IMG/VR virus record: IMGVR_UViG_3300027706_000278
Source: an uncultured virus (IMG/VR IMGVR_UViG_3300027706_000278)
Taxonomy: Duplodnaviria > Heunggongvirae > Uroviricota > Caudoviricetes
DNA: 64,000 nucleotides
Reading direction: 5' to 3' (one strand)
A model generated the notes under the pieces. That model searched no databases. It was given only the letters and a program-made list of their open reading frames with translations, and was not told where the DNA came from. A program made the position numbers and the translations under genes. How positions within the stretch are numbered: the first letter of the stretch is position 1; every line of letters starts with the position of its first letter. Positions 36,348 to 45,281 of this stretch are shown here, piece by piece.

Positions 36348-39300
36348 TTACAGAATCACCGGAGCGGGTGGTTGCTTCGGCAGAGGCAACGGCCATCCGA
36401 ACAAGCACAGGTGGTCGTAAGCCCAGAACTTGATCAGCGGGACTGCCGTTCGCTGCGCGGCCTGAAACTCGCGCGCCCACGGCCATGCGGGGTTGAACCA
36501 ACCCTCCAGATACCGGCAGTGCGCGCGGTCCCAGGAGAGCACCGTGAACGGGTACGAAGCGCACGTCTGCGCCTCATCGAGATTGAAATCGATCCCCCCG
36601 TACTGGAATCCCTCGCACAGGAACGTGTCGAACCCGGAGCCAGCACGCGCCTGCCACGCCGGAGGCAGGTTCACGTAATTCAGCAGGCGGCACCGCATCG
36701 GATCGTTCACATCCAGGGGCCAGAGGATCTCGAACAGCGTCGCCGGGACCTGCGCCAGCACCGCCGCTTGAACAGCCGCCACGTAATTGCCGAGCCGGGC
36801 GCGGAGGAAGTTCGCGTCCACGTACCCGTTGACGCTGGGGTCGTCGTTGGCGGTCAGGAACGTGTGGAGCGCCCGACCAAGGGAGCCCTGCGCGGCAGCC
36901 GTGGTGTCGGCGTCATAGAAGCCCATCCCGCTCGCGCCTACGATGTACCACCACAGCACCTCACCGAACTGGAGCCGAGGCGGGAGGCCGGCCGCCGCCA
37001 TCAGGCCCGCCATCTCCGCGTACACGGAGGCCATGTACGTCTGGACCGCCGTGCCGAACGCGCACATCGAGCTCTTCAGGTTGGCGAAGCCGGTGTCCGT
37101 GGTTGCCGGAGTCCCGTCCGGATACCGCTGAATCCACACCGCGCCGTGCGCCGGATCGTCGGGCGGGTTAACCAACTCCTGAGAGAACGACACGACCACG
37201 CCGATACCCGCCGCACGGAGCGCCGAGAAGTAATCCGTATGCCAATCGCGGAACGCCCGGTTGACGGGCTGGCTCGCGGTAGGGTCGATGACCCACGTCG
37301 GATCGGCCGCGCCGGTGTTCAGGCTTCCACTGACCGTCGCGGTCCCGTGCGCCGTGCTCGTGTCCACGGAGAGCGAGTACTGCCAGTTGACGCCGGTGCT
37401 CCGGCATGTGATCGTGAGGACCGCCCCGTTCGCCTCGGCCCACACGCCGACGAGGGTCGCGTTGATGAAATACGCGAAGTGCGCCGCGATGGTCTCCGAA
37501 GTGTCCGCAGGGAAGACGGTCTTGCCGATGGCACCGCTCCCAATATGAACCCATATCGTGTCCTGATTCTGCCAAGCCCCGCTGAACGTGATCGTCGCAC
37601 TCGGATAGTTGCCGCCCGATGCCTTGCGCTGGTTCCACCAGAACACGCCGGCATAGTGGTCGATCTCACCCACCAGCCCGAGCTTCTGGAGATTCCAGAT
37701 CAACCGTTGCGGCGAGAGCTTATATGTGTTGTCCGTGTCGAAGTCCGTCGCCAGGCCAACGTCCGTGCGCGTCTCCGGCGCGTCGGGCACGTCGGTTAGA
37801 ACCGCGCATTCGAGGAAATCGAAATAGAAGTACCACCCTCCGCTGTTCGCGTTCTTGTTGCCGGTCATCGAGATCACGATGCTGTGATGACCGGCTGCCA
37901 CGTTCTGGAACAGGCGCCGCCGCGCGAGCATGCCGGAGCCATAGCAATCGAGCGTGACCGGCGTGCCGCCGTCGAGCGTCGCCTGGATGATGCCGCAATT
38001 CGTGTCCAGCCACGTGCCCACGTAAACGTCGTGGGTGTACTGGCAATGCGTCTCGATGGTGAGCGTCCGGGTCTCGGAGGCGGTATACGCCGACCGGATC
38101 GCGCGGCCTCTGCTCCAATAGGCCGATACCTTGGGCGTCACGAGCGACGGGTCCTCCCAATAGCCGGCCTGCTTGACCCACGGGTCATCCTCCTCCAGAC
38201 GCAGGGAGCCAGGCCCGGCGACTTTGAGCGGGCGCACGCCGTTGGGATCGGTGACCGTCCAGTTGGTGACGTTGACGCTCCATTCGGTCGGCGTGTAGGC
38301 CACGCTGTTGGCTAGGGCGGGCGCGAACGTGAGCCATACCTTCGTCACGTCTGTCCAGCCCAGCGCACCGAAGTCGATGGTCACATGCCATCGCACGTTG
38401 TCGGAGGAGCCGCCAGCAAGTTGAACGGTGGACGGCGAGAAGTACAGGTTCTGGCTGGCGTGCAGCTCGTAGAACGTGACCGCGTTGCCGTCCGCGCCGG
38501 GCTCTGCGGTGATCGTGATCTGGTTCCCCGAGGCGGTCGCCGTGAGCGCAACCGGCCCGTTCTGGCTCCAATCCGTCTGGTTGATCAGGGCGGCGAGCGC
38601 CGAGGTCACGACGGAGGGATCGAATGCGGTGAGCGTGGCCGGGGCCGATCCGTCCGAACTGGAGACGCTGATGGGACCCTGGATGCCAGAGCGCAGGGTG
38701 ATCGTAATCTCGTTGCCCTGCGCGCCTCCCGCCGTGGCCGTGCAATTCGGATCGGACGTGGCGATTTGATTGGCGATGTTCGTGGCGATCTGTGCCGCGG
38801 TGAGGCTTCCCTGCGCACAGGAGTACGTCGCCGTTCCGATCTGCACCCAATGCGTGTACGTGCTCAAGGTGGCCGAGCCGGAGCCGTCCGAGCTCGACAC
38901 CGTGATTGGCCCGGCGACACCGCTCCGCAGAGAGACGGTGATCGCGTTGCTCGACGCCGTGGCGGTGCAGTTGGGATCGCTGGACGCGATCTGCCCCGCG
39001 ATGTTGCTGGCGATCTGCGCGGCGGTGAGGCTGCCCTGCGCGCAGGAGTACTTGGTCGTGGCGATCTGGACCCAATGCACGTAATCGCTGAGGGTCGCTG
39101 GCCTGGAACCATCGGAACTGGACACCGTGATCGGCCCGGTGACGCCACTTTTGAGCGCGACGATGATCTCGTTGTTGTACGTCCCGGTCACCGTGGCCGT
39201 GCAGTTCGGGTCCGAGGAGTTGATTTGCCCGGCGATGGCGGTCGCGATCTGCGCGCTGTTGAGGCCGTCCTCCGCGACTTGATACTTGTTCGATCCGATC

Positions 39301-40226
39301 TGCACCCAATGGACGTACATCGTGAGCGTCGCCGACGCGCTGCCATCGGAACTCGACACAACACAATCCGTGATCGGGAGGAGTGTCTTCAGCGTGATGG
39401 TAATCTCGTTGCCATACGCCCCGCCCACCGTGGCCGCGCAGTACGGGTCGGTCGAGTTGATCTGCGCCGCGATGTTCTGCGCGATCTGTGCGCTGTTGAG
39501 GCCGTCCTCCTGGACGCCATAGATGTGGTTCCACCCGTGCGATTGGGTCTGGATCTGAACGTAGTGGGTGTAATTCGCGTTGCCCTGCCACCACATCGCC
39601 TGAACGCAGGATTCGTGGTCACCCTGCCACCACATGGCCTGATCGGTGGACGTGCTAACGCTCTGCCACCACATATCCTGCTCGCAGGACGTCGCGACGG
39701 ACTGCCAGTAGATATCCTGCACGCAGGAGCTGGTTGCACCGTTGGAGCCAACGGTGTAATCGAAGGCCCGGTTCTGATACCACAGCGTCACGCGATCCGT
39801 GGCGGTCGGCGTGCCCACGTTGAGCGTGAACGTGCCCGACGCGCCGGTGCGGCCGGAGGGTCCGGTCGCCAGAGCCGAGAGAGAGTGCTGGAGCAGGTTC
39901 CCGCTCTCGTCATAGGCGTTGATGTACGCCCAATCGATCCACGGCCAGCGCTTCGACTCGAACGTTTGGACGCCCTGGAACTGGATATCGAAGTCCAACT
40001 TCAGGCCGGTGATATTCCCATCCGGCAGGTAAGAGAATCGCGGGTGGCCGAAAGGATCGTCCTTCTGGAACAGCACCAGGACGGCGAAGTCGGCCTGATC
40101 CCGGAACACGCCGGAGAGGTTGAAGCCGGTATCCGAGGCGCCCCAGAGCGCTGCGGCGGCACCAAAGCCGTCGAAGCCCTGGAGGTGCATGGTCCGGTGA
40201 GGCTGGAACTTAAAAATGGGGTCCAT
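36348..40226 (-). CDS. Large tail tip/fibre protein with tandem repeats and a C-terminal TIM-barrel-like domain
   Basis: 1292 aa; four ~75-aa repeats; C-terminal LQFGEVLWW region. Confidence 0.75.
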   Translation of the reverse strand: MDPIFKFQPHRTMHLQGFDGFGAAAALWGASDTGFNLSGVFRDQADFAVLVLFQKDDPFGHPRFSYLPDGNITGLKLDFDIQFQGVQTFESKRWPWIDWAYINAYDESGNLLQHSLSALATGPSGRTGASGTFTLNVGTPTATDRVTLWYQNRAFDYTVGSNGATSSCVQDIYWQSVATSCEQDMWWQSVSTSTDQAMWWQGDHESCVQAMWWQGNANYTHYVQIQTQSHGWNHIYGVQEDGLNSAQIAQNIAAQINSTDPYCAATVGGAYGNEITITLKTLLPITDCVVSSSDGSASATLTMYVHWVQIGSNKYQVAEDGLNSAQIATAIAGQINSSDPNCTATVTGTYNNEIIVALKSGVTGPITVSSSDGSRPATLSDYVHWVQIATTKYSCAQGSLTAAQIASNIAGQIASSDPNCTATASSNAITVSLRSGVAGPITVSSSDGSGSATLSTYTHWVQIGTATYSCAQGSLTAAQIATNIANQIATSDPNCTATAGGAQGNEITITLRSGIQGPISVSSSDGSAPATLTAFDPSVVTSALAALINQTDWSQNGPVALTATASGNQITITAEPGADGNAVTFYELHASQNLYFSPSTVQLAGGSSDNVRWHVTIDFGALGWTDVTKVWLTFAPALANSVAYTPTEWSVNVTNWTVTDPNGVRPLKVAGPGSLRLEEDDPWVKQAGYWEDPSLVTPKVSAYWSRGRAIRSAYTASETRTLTIETHCQYTHDVYVGTWLDTNCGIIQATLDGGTPVTLDCYGSGMLARRRLFQNVAAGHHSIVISMTGNKNANSGGWYFYFDFLECAVLTDVPDAPETRTDVGLATDFDTDNTYKLSPQRLIWNLQKLGLVGEIDHYAGVFWWNQRKASGGNYPSATITFSGAWQNQDTIWVHIGSGAIGKTVFPADTSETIAAHFAYFINATLVGVWAEANGAVLTITCRSTGVNWQYSLSVDTSTAHGTATVSGSLNTGAADPTWVIDPTASQPVNRAFRDWHTDYFSALRAAGIGVVVSFSQELVNPPDDPAHGAVWIQRYPDGTPATTDTGFANLKSSMCAFGTAVQTYMASVYAEMAGLMAAAGLPPRLQFGEVLWWYIVGASGMGFYDADTTAAAQGSLGRALHTFLTANDDPSVNGYVDANFLRARLGNYVAAVQAAVLAQVPATLFEILWPLDVNDPMRCRLLNYVNLPPAWQARAGSGFDTFLCEGFQYGGIDFNLDEAQTCASYPFTVLSWDRAHCRYLEGWFNPAWPWAREFQAAQRTAVPLIKFWAYDHLCLFGWPLPLPKQPPAPVIL
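38630..39735 (-). repeat. Intragenic repeats: four ~75-aa and four ~13-aa units
   Basis: HWVQI...AQIAxxIAxQI...DPNCTAT...VSSSDGS; SCxQxMWWQ. Confidence 0.85.
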
Positions 40227-43200
40227 CAGGCGTAAACAAAGACCGTGAGGTCGGTGCCGGGATACGTGGTCCCAACCGAGGTGATCGCGAGGCGCACGTT
40301 CGTGCTGGCCGGGATCGGCGCGAGCGCGTCAATCACGTCGGACGTGGCCACGACCGACTTCTGGCCTGCCGGGATCGTCAAAGTGATCCACGGGTCGCTC
40401 GCGGTGCCAACGTAAAGCGAGAACGTCAGATCCGCGCCCACCGGCGCGGACTTCACGTAAGCCTTGATCGCGCCAGGCGTGAAGTCGTTGTTGAGATAGA
40501 ATGCGGGCGCGGCATCGGACTGGATGCCCAGAACCCCGGCGACCGGCAGAATGAAGCCTGCTTGGGCCTCTCCCTCGGCACCATAAATCCAGTCCTCGCG
40601 GATCGGGTTGTCGCCGTCCGGAGACTCATTGCCGTTGGAATCCACGGTGAAGCCCGCGATCACAAGAGGCTGATCGACGAAGTTGTCGGTCGGCACGTTC
40701 AGCGTAACCGCGTGCGACGGATCGGCATTGCTGATGGCCGTGGAGTCGGCCACGTAATCCCACGCCGGAGCCTCTACGATCCAAACCGACGTGGTATCGA
40801 GCGTCAACGGCAGATCCCAGGACAACTGCGTCTGGGTGTTGCCCGTGATCTTGCGGAGCTGGCCGCGCCCGGTCCCGGCGATCACGCGCAGGATGTTGCC
40901 GACCTCGGCGCCCGGCGTCATGCCGTCCGCATAGACCATGTTCTGGCAGCCGGAGTCGGTGATCTGCGTCGGGTTGCTGGTATTAGCGGCATCGGCCTTG
41001 AAACGGATGACGATGGTGTCGTTCTTCTGGACCGACAATTCGGGATGGCCCGTGGTCGTCGGCGAGGGTGTCACCGTAAGCGTCCCGGTCGTCTTGTCGT
41101 ACCCGGTAATCGTAAAGCTCACAAATGGCGTGCTGCTCTCGGGCCGTCCGATGACCGATACGATCCGTCCCACCGGGCTGAAGGTCGTGTTCGGGTTGAT
41201 CAGCTCGTTGCAAACGATGGTGCTGGCGGTCACGTTGTCCACGTTCACGCCGACGATCCCACCATGGATGAGGTGCTTCGCCTTGATCCGGATCTTCGAG
41301 ACATAAGGCGAGGGCAACGCCCATGTGGATCGCGCCAGAGGCCCGTTGATCGTGATCGAGGTGGGCGTATAGGTGTTGCCCGTGCCGGCAGTGAGCACAT
41401 CACCCTGCTGCCAGCAGATCAGGTCGTCCTGTGTCGCGATAAAGACGGCGTACCGCGCCAGGCCAGCCACGGAAGGCCACGTGATGTTCGAGAGCGTGAT
41501 CTGGTTCGTATTGGCGCCGGCCGGCGTCTGGACAATGGCAATCCGCGAGGGCGTGGACGGAAGGCCGTTCGAGTCGATGGCGCACAGGGCAATCCGGAAC
41601 GTCGCGCCACCAGGGAGGGACCCGCCCGTGGTGCTCTGCGAGATGGTGCCGATCACAGGCCCACCGGCACCGGTCGGGCTGAACTCGTTCACCGGGAGAT
41701 TGCCAGTGATCGCCAGCGACGCGAGCGCGCTGCCATCCGCGAGGGTCGTGTACGTCTGGTCGCAGTCGAACGTCCATTCGCCAGGGAATAGCGCATCGTT
41801 GGCTGGCGCTTGGATCTGGTACGGCGCCCACATCGGCCCGAGGGGAATGGCATAGACCATGCCCGGCAGAGGATCGGGCGTCACGTCCTGGGGCTTCGGC
41901 CCGGTCGTGAGGTCGTACATCGAGGGCGTGACCGTCTTGGCGGTAATGTCGATGGACCAGTCCTTCTTCAGTCGCCAGGAGAGGATGCGGAAATCGCCGG
42001 CGCCGCCAGGCACGTCCGGATGCGTCATCGAGACGACCTGGCCCACCTCCGTGTTGAGGGCCAGGATTGTCGTCTGCCAATAGGCGTTCCGCGCGTTGCG
42101 CCACTCAGTCGCGTTGATGCCGCCGATCTCCTCGCGCGTCCGGACGGCGGCCAGGCGCAAGGCCTGCGAGAGCGTGCCGCAGCCCACGAGGTGCTGGGGC
42201 GCGCTCAAGGGTGCGCCGGCGCGGCCGTAGTAGGCTGCATGGGTCTTATCGCAGTATTCGGCGGTGTTGGCCTGATACTGATACGCCTGGTCGGCGAACG
42301 AGACCACCAGCTTCTCGAAGCCCGCCTCGATCGGCTCCAACCGGAGGGACTGGAACAGGATATTCCCAAGCGTAAACGCCTCGACAGCCGAAGCGTTGAT
42401 CCGGCAGCCGAGCTTCAGTTTGCCGAATTCAAACGTGAAGTAACCGAGGCCGCAAGCGAGGACTTCGACGAGCCAGTCGCGGAACGGCTTCTGCGAGGCC
42501 AGGACGCCCTGAAACCGGAATTGCTTCTCCAGCCCCGTCCCAACAATGGGCGTCACGTAATTGTCCGCGATCTCGGCGGTGCCGCTCCCGTCCCCCGCGT
42601 AGAGGGAGGGAAGGACAATGTTTGCCAGTTGGCTCGCCGACCCCGCGCCAAACAGGCCAAGCGTGCGGAGGAAGCAATTCACCGCGATCCAGAACGGGTT
42701 CGTCAGGCCATTCGCGAGCGTGCGGTTGCCGTTCTGGTCCCAGGTCCACCCCGCGAGGCCCTGCGAGATCGGCACCTTCATCTCGTGCTGGTCCGTGGTC
42801 GTCGGCTGGACGCCGGACGCCTTGGTGCGCCGGACCTCTACGAACGCGGTGCCGGCCGCCATCTCCGGCCCCCACTTCTGCGGCGTGCCGTCGCCGAGCG
42901 AGAACGAATCGTGTGTCAGGTCGCAGGGGTCGTTGCCGGTGACCTCGCGCAATCCCATCGTCGGCTGGTCCTTCACGACGTTGAGGCTGCCGTCAACCTG
43001 GAATCCCTGCGGCGTCTGGCCGTCCAGCATCGGCGCGATGATATAGCGGTAGCCGTCCGCGTTCGTGTACACGAGCATCCCCGTGTACGATCCGATGGGT
43101 CCGGCGCCCACGATACCGAGGGCGTCATAGTAATCAGACTCATCCCGGCCCGCGGCGATCATGCAGTTGACCCAGAAGGCCTTGCCCGGATCGCCGTCGT

Positions 43201-44521
43201 CGTTGCACCAGATTTCCTGGAGCGCATTGCCCCAGATGGTGTCGGAGATGATCGACGTGGCGGTCACCGTGCTGCGCCCGATTCCCCACAGCCCGGTCGA
43301 GTTGTCCTTGATGACGACGCCCTGCGGTTCCGCGGGATGGCCGCCGAAGTACTTGGTCATGCCGTGCGCTTGGCAGCCGCCCGGACACTTATACGTGCCG
43401 TCCGGGTTCGTGCCCTGCGACGGATCGAAGACGGAATCGAAATAATAGTCGCAGGAATTCGGATCGCCGCCGCTACCCTGCGTGGCATAGGGACAATTCA
43501 CGCCGTCCCTGAACATCTTCCAGCACTGGCGCGAGATCGCGCGCACCGGGTACATTTGCGTGATCTGGTAGAGGCCATCGGAGCACCGGACGGTGAACTG
43601 CGGGCTGCCGTCCGACGTGTAGCTCACGATGAACCCCTTCCAGAGCTGGATCACGGTGTTGGAGTTCACGTGCAGGAGGCACAGGTCGATAGACGCGAAC
43701 TTCAAATCCGTGTCGTTGGCCAGCGCAGTCATCACGCGGTCGGCATTGCCGAACGTGAACTGCACATTGTCGGCGGTGCCCTTGATGTCTTGCGAAATGA
43801 TCGTGTCGGAACCAGGCTCGCCAAGGCCCAGCACGCGCGGCAGGTACGTTTGGCTCATGGCCGGCCAGCCCATCGCCGACTTGACCGCTCCGCTCGCCTG
43901 GTCGGACAGCGTGCAACGCCGGTCCGAGAGCCAGATATCCGGCACCGCCGCCTCGCGGACGCGGATGTGGATCAACGGGATGATCTGCTGGACCTGCGAT
44001 AGCAGCGCGGTCTGGAGCGTTGAGGACGGGAAACGCAGGCACGTGCTGTTGACCTGATAGGTCGGCCCGCTGGTGGGCACTTCGATGAAGTTGAAGCCGG
44101 TCTGGCAGGCGTTGGCGAGGTACTGGATCGAGAGCGGTGCGTACTCCCACGTCACGAGCGTCGGTGTGGTCGTCTCGGCCGAGGCACGCGGGCTGCTGAC
44201 CTGCACGGGACTCGGCACGTTGTACGTGAACGCCTGCCACGCGCCTTGCAGGCCTTCCCAGAAGGACACCAGCGAGTTCCGGTCGCGCTTCGAGAGGTGC
44301 TGGCGCCGGAAAGCGAACTTCCGCGGGCCCAGGCCCACGGCGAAACGCTGCTCGGCCTTGGCATCCAGCTCGCCGAAGCGATGCACGACGACTGGGCGGT
44401 CCTGGGTGAAGCCGTAGCCGAAGTCGCTGGCGAGCGGGAATACGAGCGTGTTTTGCAGGCCGATACCGCCCGTGGATAGGGCAAGGCTCGGCACTGTAAT
44501 TCTGCCAATGGTGTCGGACAT
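40226..44521 (-). CDS. Fused tail hub / central fibre (host-specificity-like) protein
   Basis: 1431 aa after the tape measure; distal-tail-like N-terminus, Cys cluster (CWK, CPY, CDY, C...H...FGG). Confidence 0.75.
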   Translation of the reverse strand: MSDTIGRITVPSLALSTGGIGLQNTLVFPLASDFGYGFTQDRPVVVHRFGELDAKAEQRFAVGLGPRKFAFRRQHLSKRDRNSLVSFWEGLQGAWQAFTYNVPSPVQVSSPRASAETTTPTLVTWEYAPLSIQYLANACQTGFNFIEVPTSGPTYQVNSTCLRFPSSTLQTALLSQVQQIIPLIHIRVREAAVPDIWLSDRRCTLSDQASGAVKSAMGWPAMSQTYLPRVLGLGEPGSDTIISQDIKGTADNVQFTFGNADRVMTALANDTDLKFASIDLCLLHVNSNTVIQLWKGFIVSYTSDGSPQFTVRCSDGLYQITQMYPVRAISRQCWKMFRDGVNCPYATQGSGGDPNSCDYYFDSVFDPSQGTNPDGTYKCPGGCQAHGMTKYFGGHPAEPQGVVIKDNSTGLWGIGRSTVTATSIISDTIWGNALQEIWCNDDGDPGKAFWVNCMIAAGRDESDYYDALGIVGAGPIGSYTGMLVYTNADGYRYIIAPMLDGQTPQGFQVDGSLNVVKDQPTMGLREVTGNDPCDLTHDSFSLGDGTPQKWGPEMAAGTAFVEVRRTKASGVQPTTTDQHEMKVPISQGLAGWTWDQNGNRTLANGLTNPFWIAVNCFLRTLGLFGAGSASQLANIVLPSLYAGDGSGTAEIADNYVTPIVGTGLEKQFRFQGVLASQKPFRDWLVEVLACGLGYFTFEFGKLKLGCRINASAVEAFTLGNILFQSLRLEPIEAGFEKLVVSFADQAYQYQANTAEYCDKTHAAYYGRAGAPLSAPQHLVGCGTLSQALRLAAVRTREEIGGINATEWRNARNAYWQTTILALNTEVGQVVSMTHPDVPGGAGDFRILSWRLKKDWSIDITAKTVTPSMYDLTTGPKPQDVTPDPLPGMVYAIPLGPMWAPYQIQAPANDALFPGEWTFDCDQTYTTLADGSALASLAITGNLPVNEFSPTGAGGPVIGTISQSTTGGSLPGGATFRIALCAIDSNGLPSTPSRIAIVQTPAGANTNQITLSNITWPSVAGLARYAVFIATQDDLICWQQGDVLTAGTGNTYTPTSITINGPLARSTWALPSPYVSKIRIKAKHLIHGGIVGVNVDNVTASTIVCNELINPNTTFSPVGRIVSVIGRPESSTPFVSFTITGYDKTTGTLTVTPSPTTTGHPELSVQKNDTIVIRFKADAANTSNPTQITDSGCQNMVYADGMTPGAEVGNILRVIAGTGRGQLRKITGNTQTQLSWDLPLTLDTTSVWIVEAPAWDYVADSTAISNADPSHAVTLNVPTDNFVDQPLVIAGFTVDSNGNESPDGDNPIREDWIYGAEGEAQAGFILPVAGVLGIQSDAAPAFYLNNDFTPGAIKAYVKSAPVGADLTFSLYVGTASDPWITLTIPAGQKSVVATSDVIDALAPIPASTNVRLAITSVGTTYPGTDLTVFVYA

Positions 44522-44525
44522 GGGA

Positions 44526-44918
44526 TCAAGCGACTTCGATCAATTCGAGGTTCTGTACGTCCGTGCGCGCGAGGCCGGTGGTCTGCTGCCAGTTGTTCCG
44601 GAACACTACGGTGTACCGGCCCGTGGTGGAGTTACCGGTGGGATCGTATGCGCCTTCGATCAGGTTGTAGAAAAGGAACGGGACAACGCCGCCCTGCTGG
44701 CCATCCCAAAAGCTCTTGAGCGCCGAGGCCTTGGTCGCATCCAACCGCTGCGAAACCTTGAACGTGCGGCGCGAGCTGCTGGCCAACTGCGAGCGCTGGA
44801 CCGTTCCGTCGTGATACTGCGCTTGCAATTGGACGAATTCCCGCGACTCGGAGAACGCGGTGCAGAGCGCATAGGGCATGACCCCACTCGGAGCCGCCGC
44901 TTGCAGGTTGCCAGGCAC
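44526..44918 (-). CDS. Distal tail protein
   Basis: YHDGTVQRS...FWDGQQGGVVPFLF; position after the tape measure. Confidence 0.7.
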   Translation of the reverse strand: MPGNLQAAAPSGVMPYALCTAFSESREFVQLQAQYHDGTVQRSQLASSSRRTFKVSQRLDATKASALKSFWDGQQGGVVPFLFYNLIEGAYDPTGNSTTGRYTVVFRNNWQQTTGLARTDVQNLELIEVA

Positions 44919-44984
44919 GCCTGTTTTTTCTCCTTGTGTTCTAGCGCCCACCCAAGGGTTGTATGGGTCGAAAGGACCACGACG

Positions 44985-45281
44985 ATGCCGAGTTACAAAG
45001 ATCAGGTGCTCAACGAGTGCTGGCGAATCGCTACCATCGCGAGGGCGATGGCCGAAGCCGCCGAGCGTCAATTCATGGCGCCCATCGACGACCCAGAATT
45101 CGAGACCGGCGACGGAGCCGATTACGCTGGCGGTATGCGCGTCCTGCGCATTCAGATCGAGCGCGTGGCGGCGCGCACCGAGGGCGTCGATCCGATGTTG
45201 GACGAGTCCCTGCATGAGTACCAGATGCGGGTGCTGCGGACCGGCTTGCAGAAGGACCGGCCCGCCTTGTTCATCAACTGA
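44985..45281 (+). CDS. Opposite-strand moron, hypothetical 98 aa
   Basis: AAAGGA RBS; fills the gap between tape measure and distal tail genes. Confidence 0.65.
   Translation: MPSYKDQVLNECWRIATIARAMAEAAERQFMAPIDDPEFETGDGADYAGGMRVLRIQIERVAARTEGVDPMLDESLHEYQMRVLRTGLQKDRPALFIN

Noticed and set aside
36348..44521. Diversity-generating retroelement or tail invertase
   Set aside because: No reverse transcriptase, TR/VR pair or serine invertase seen
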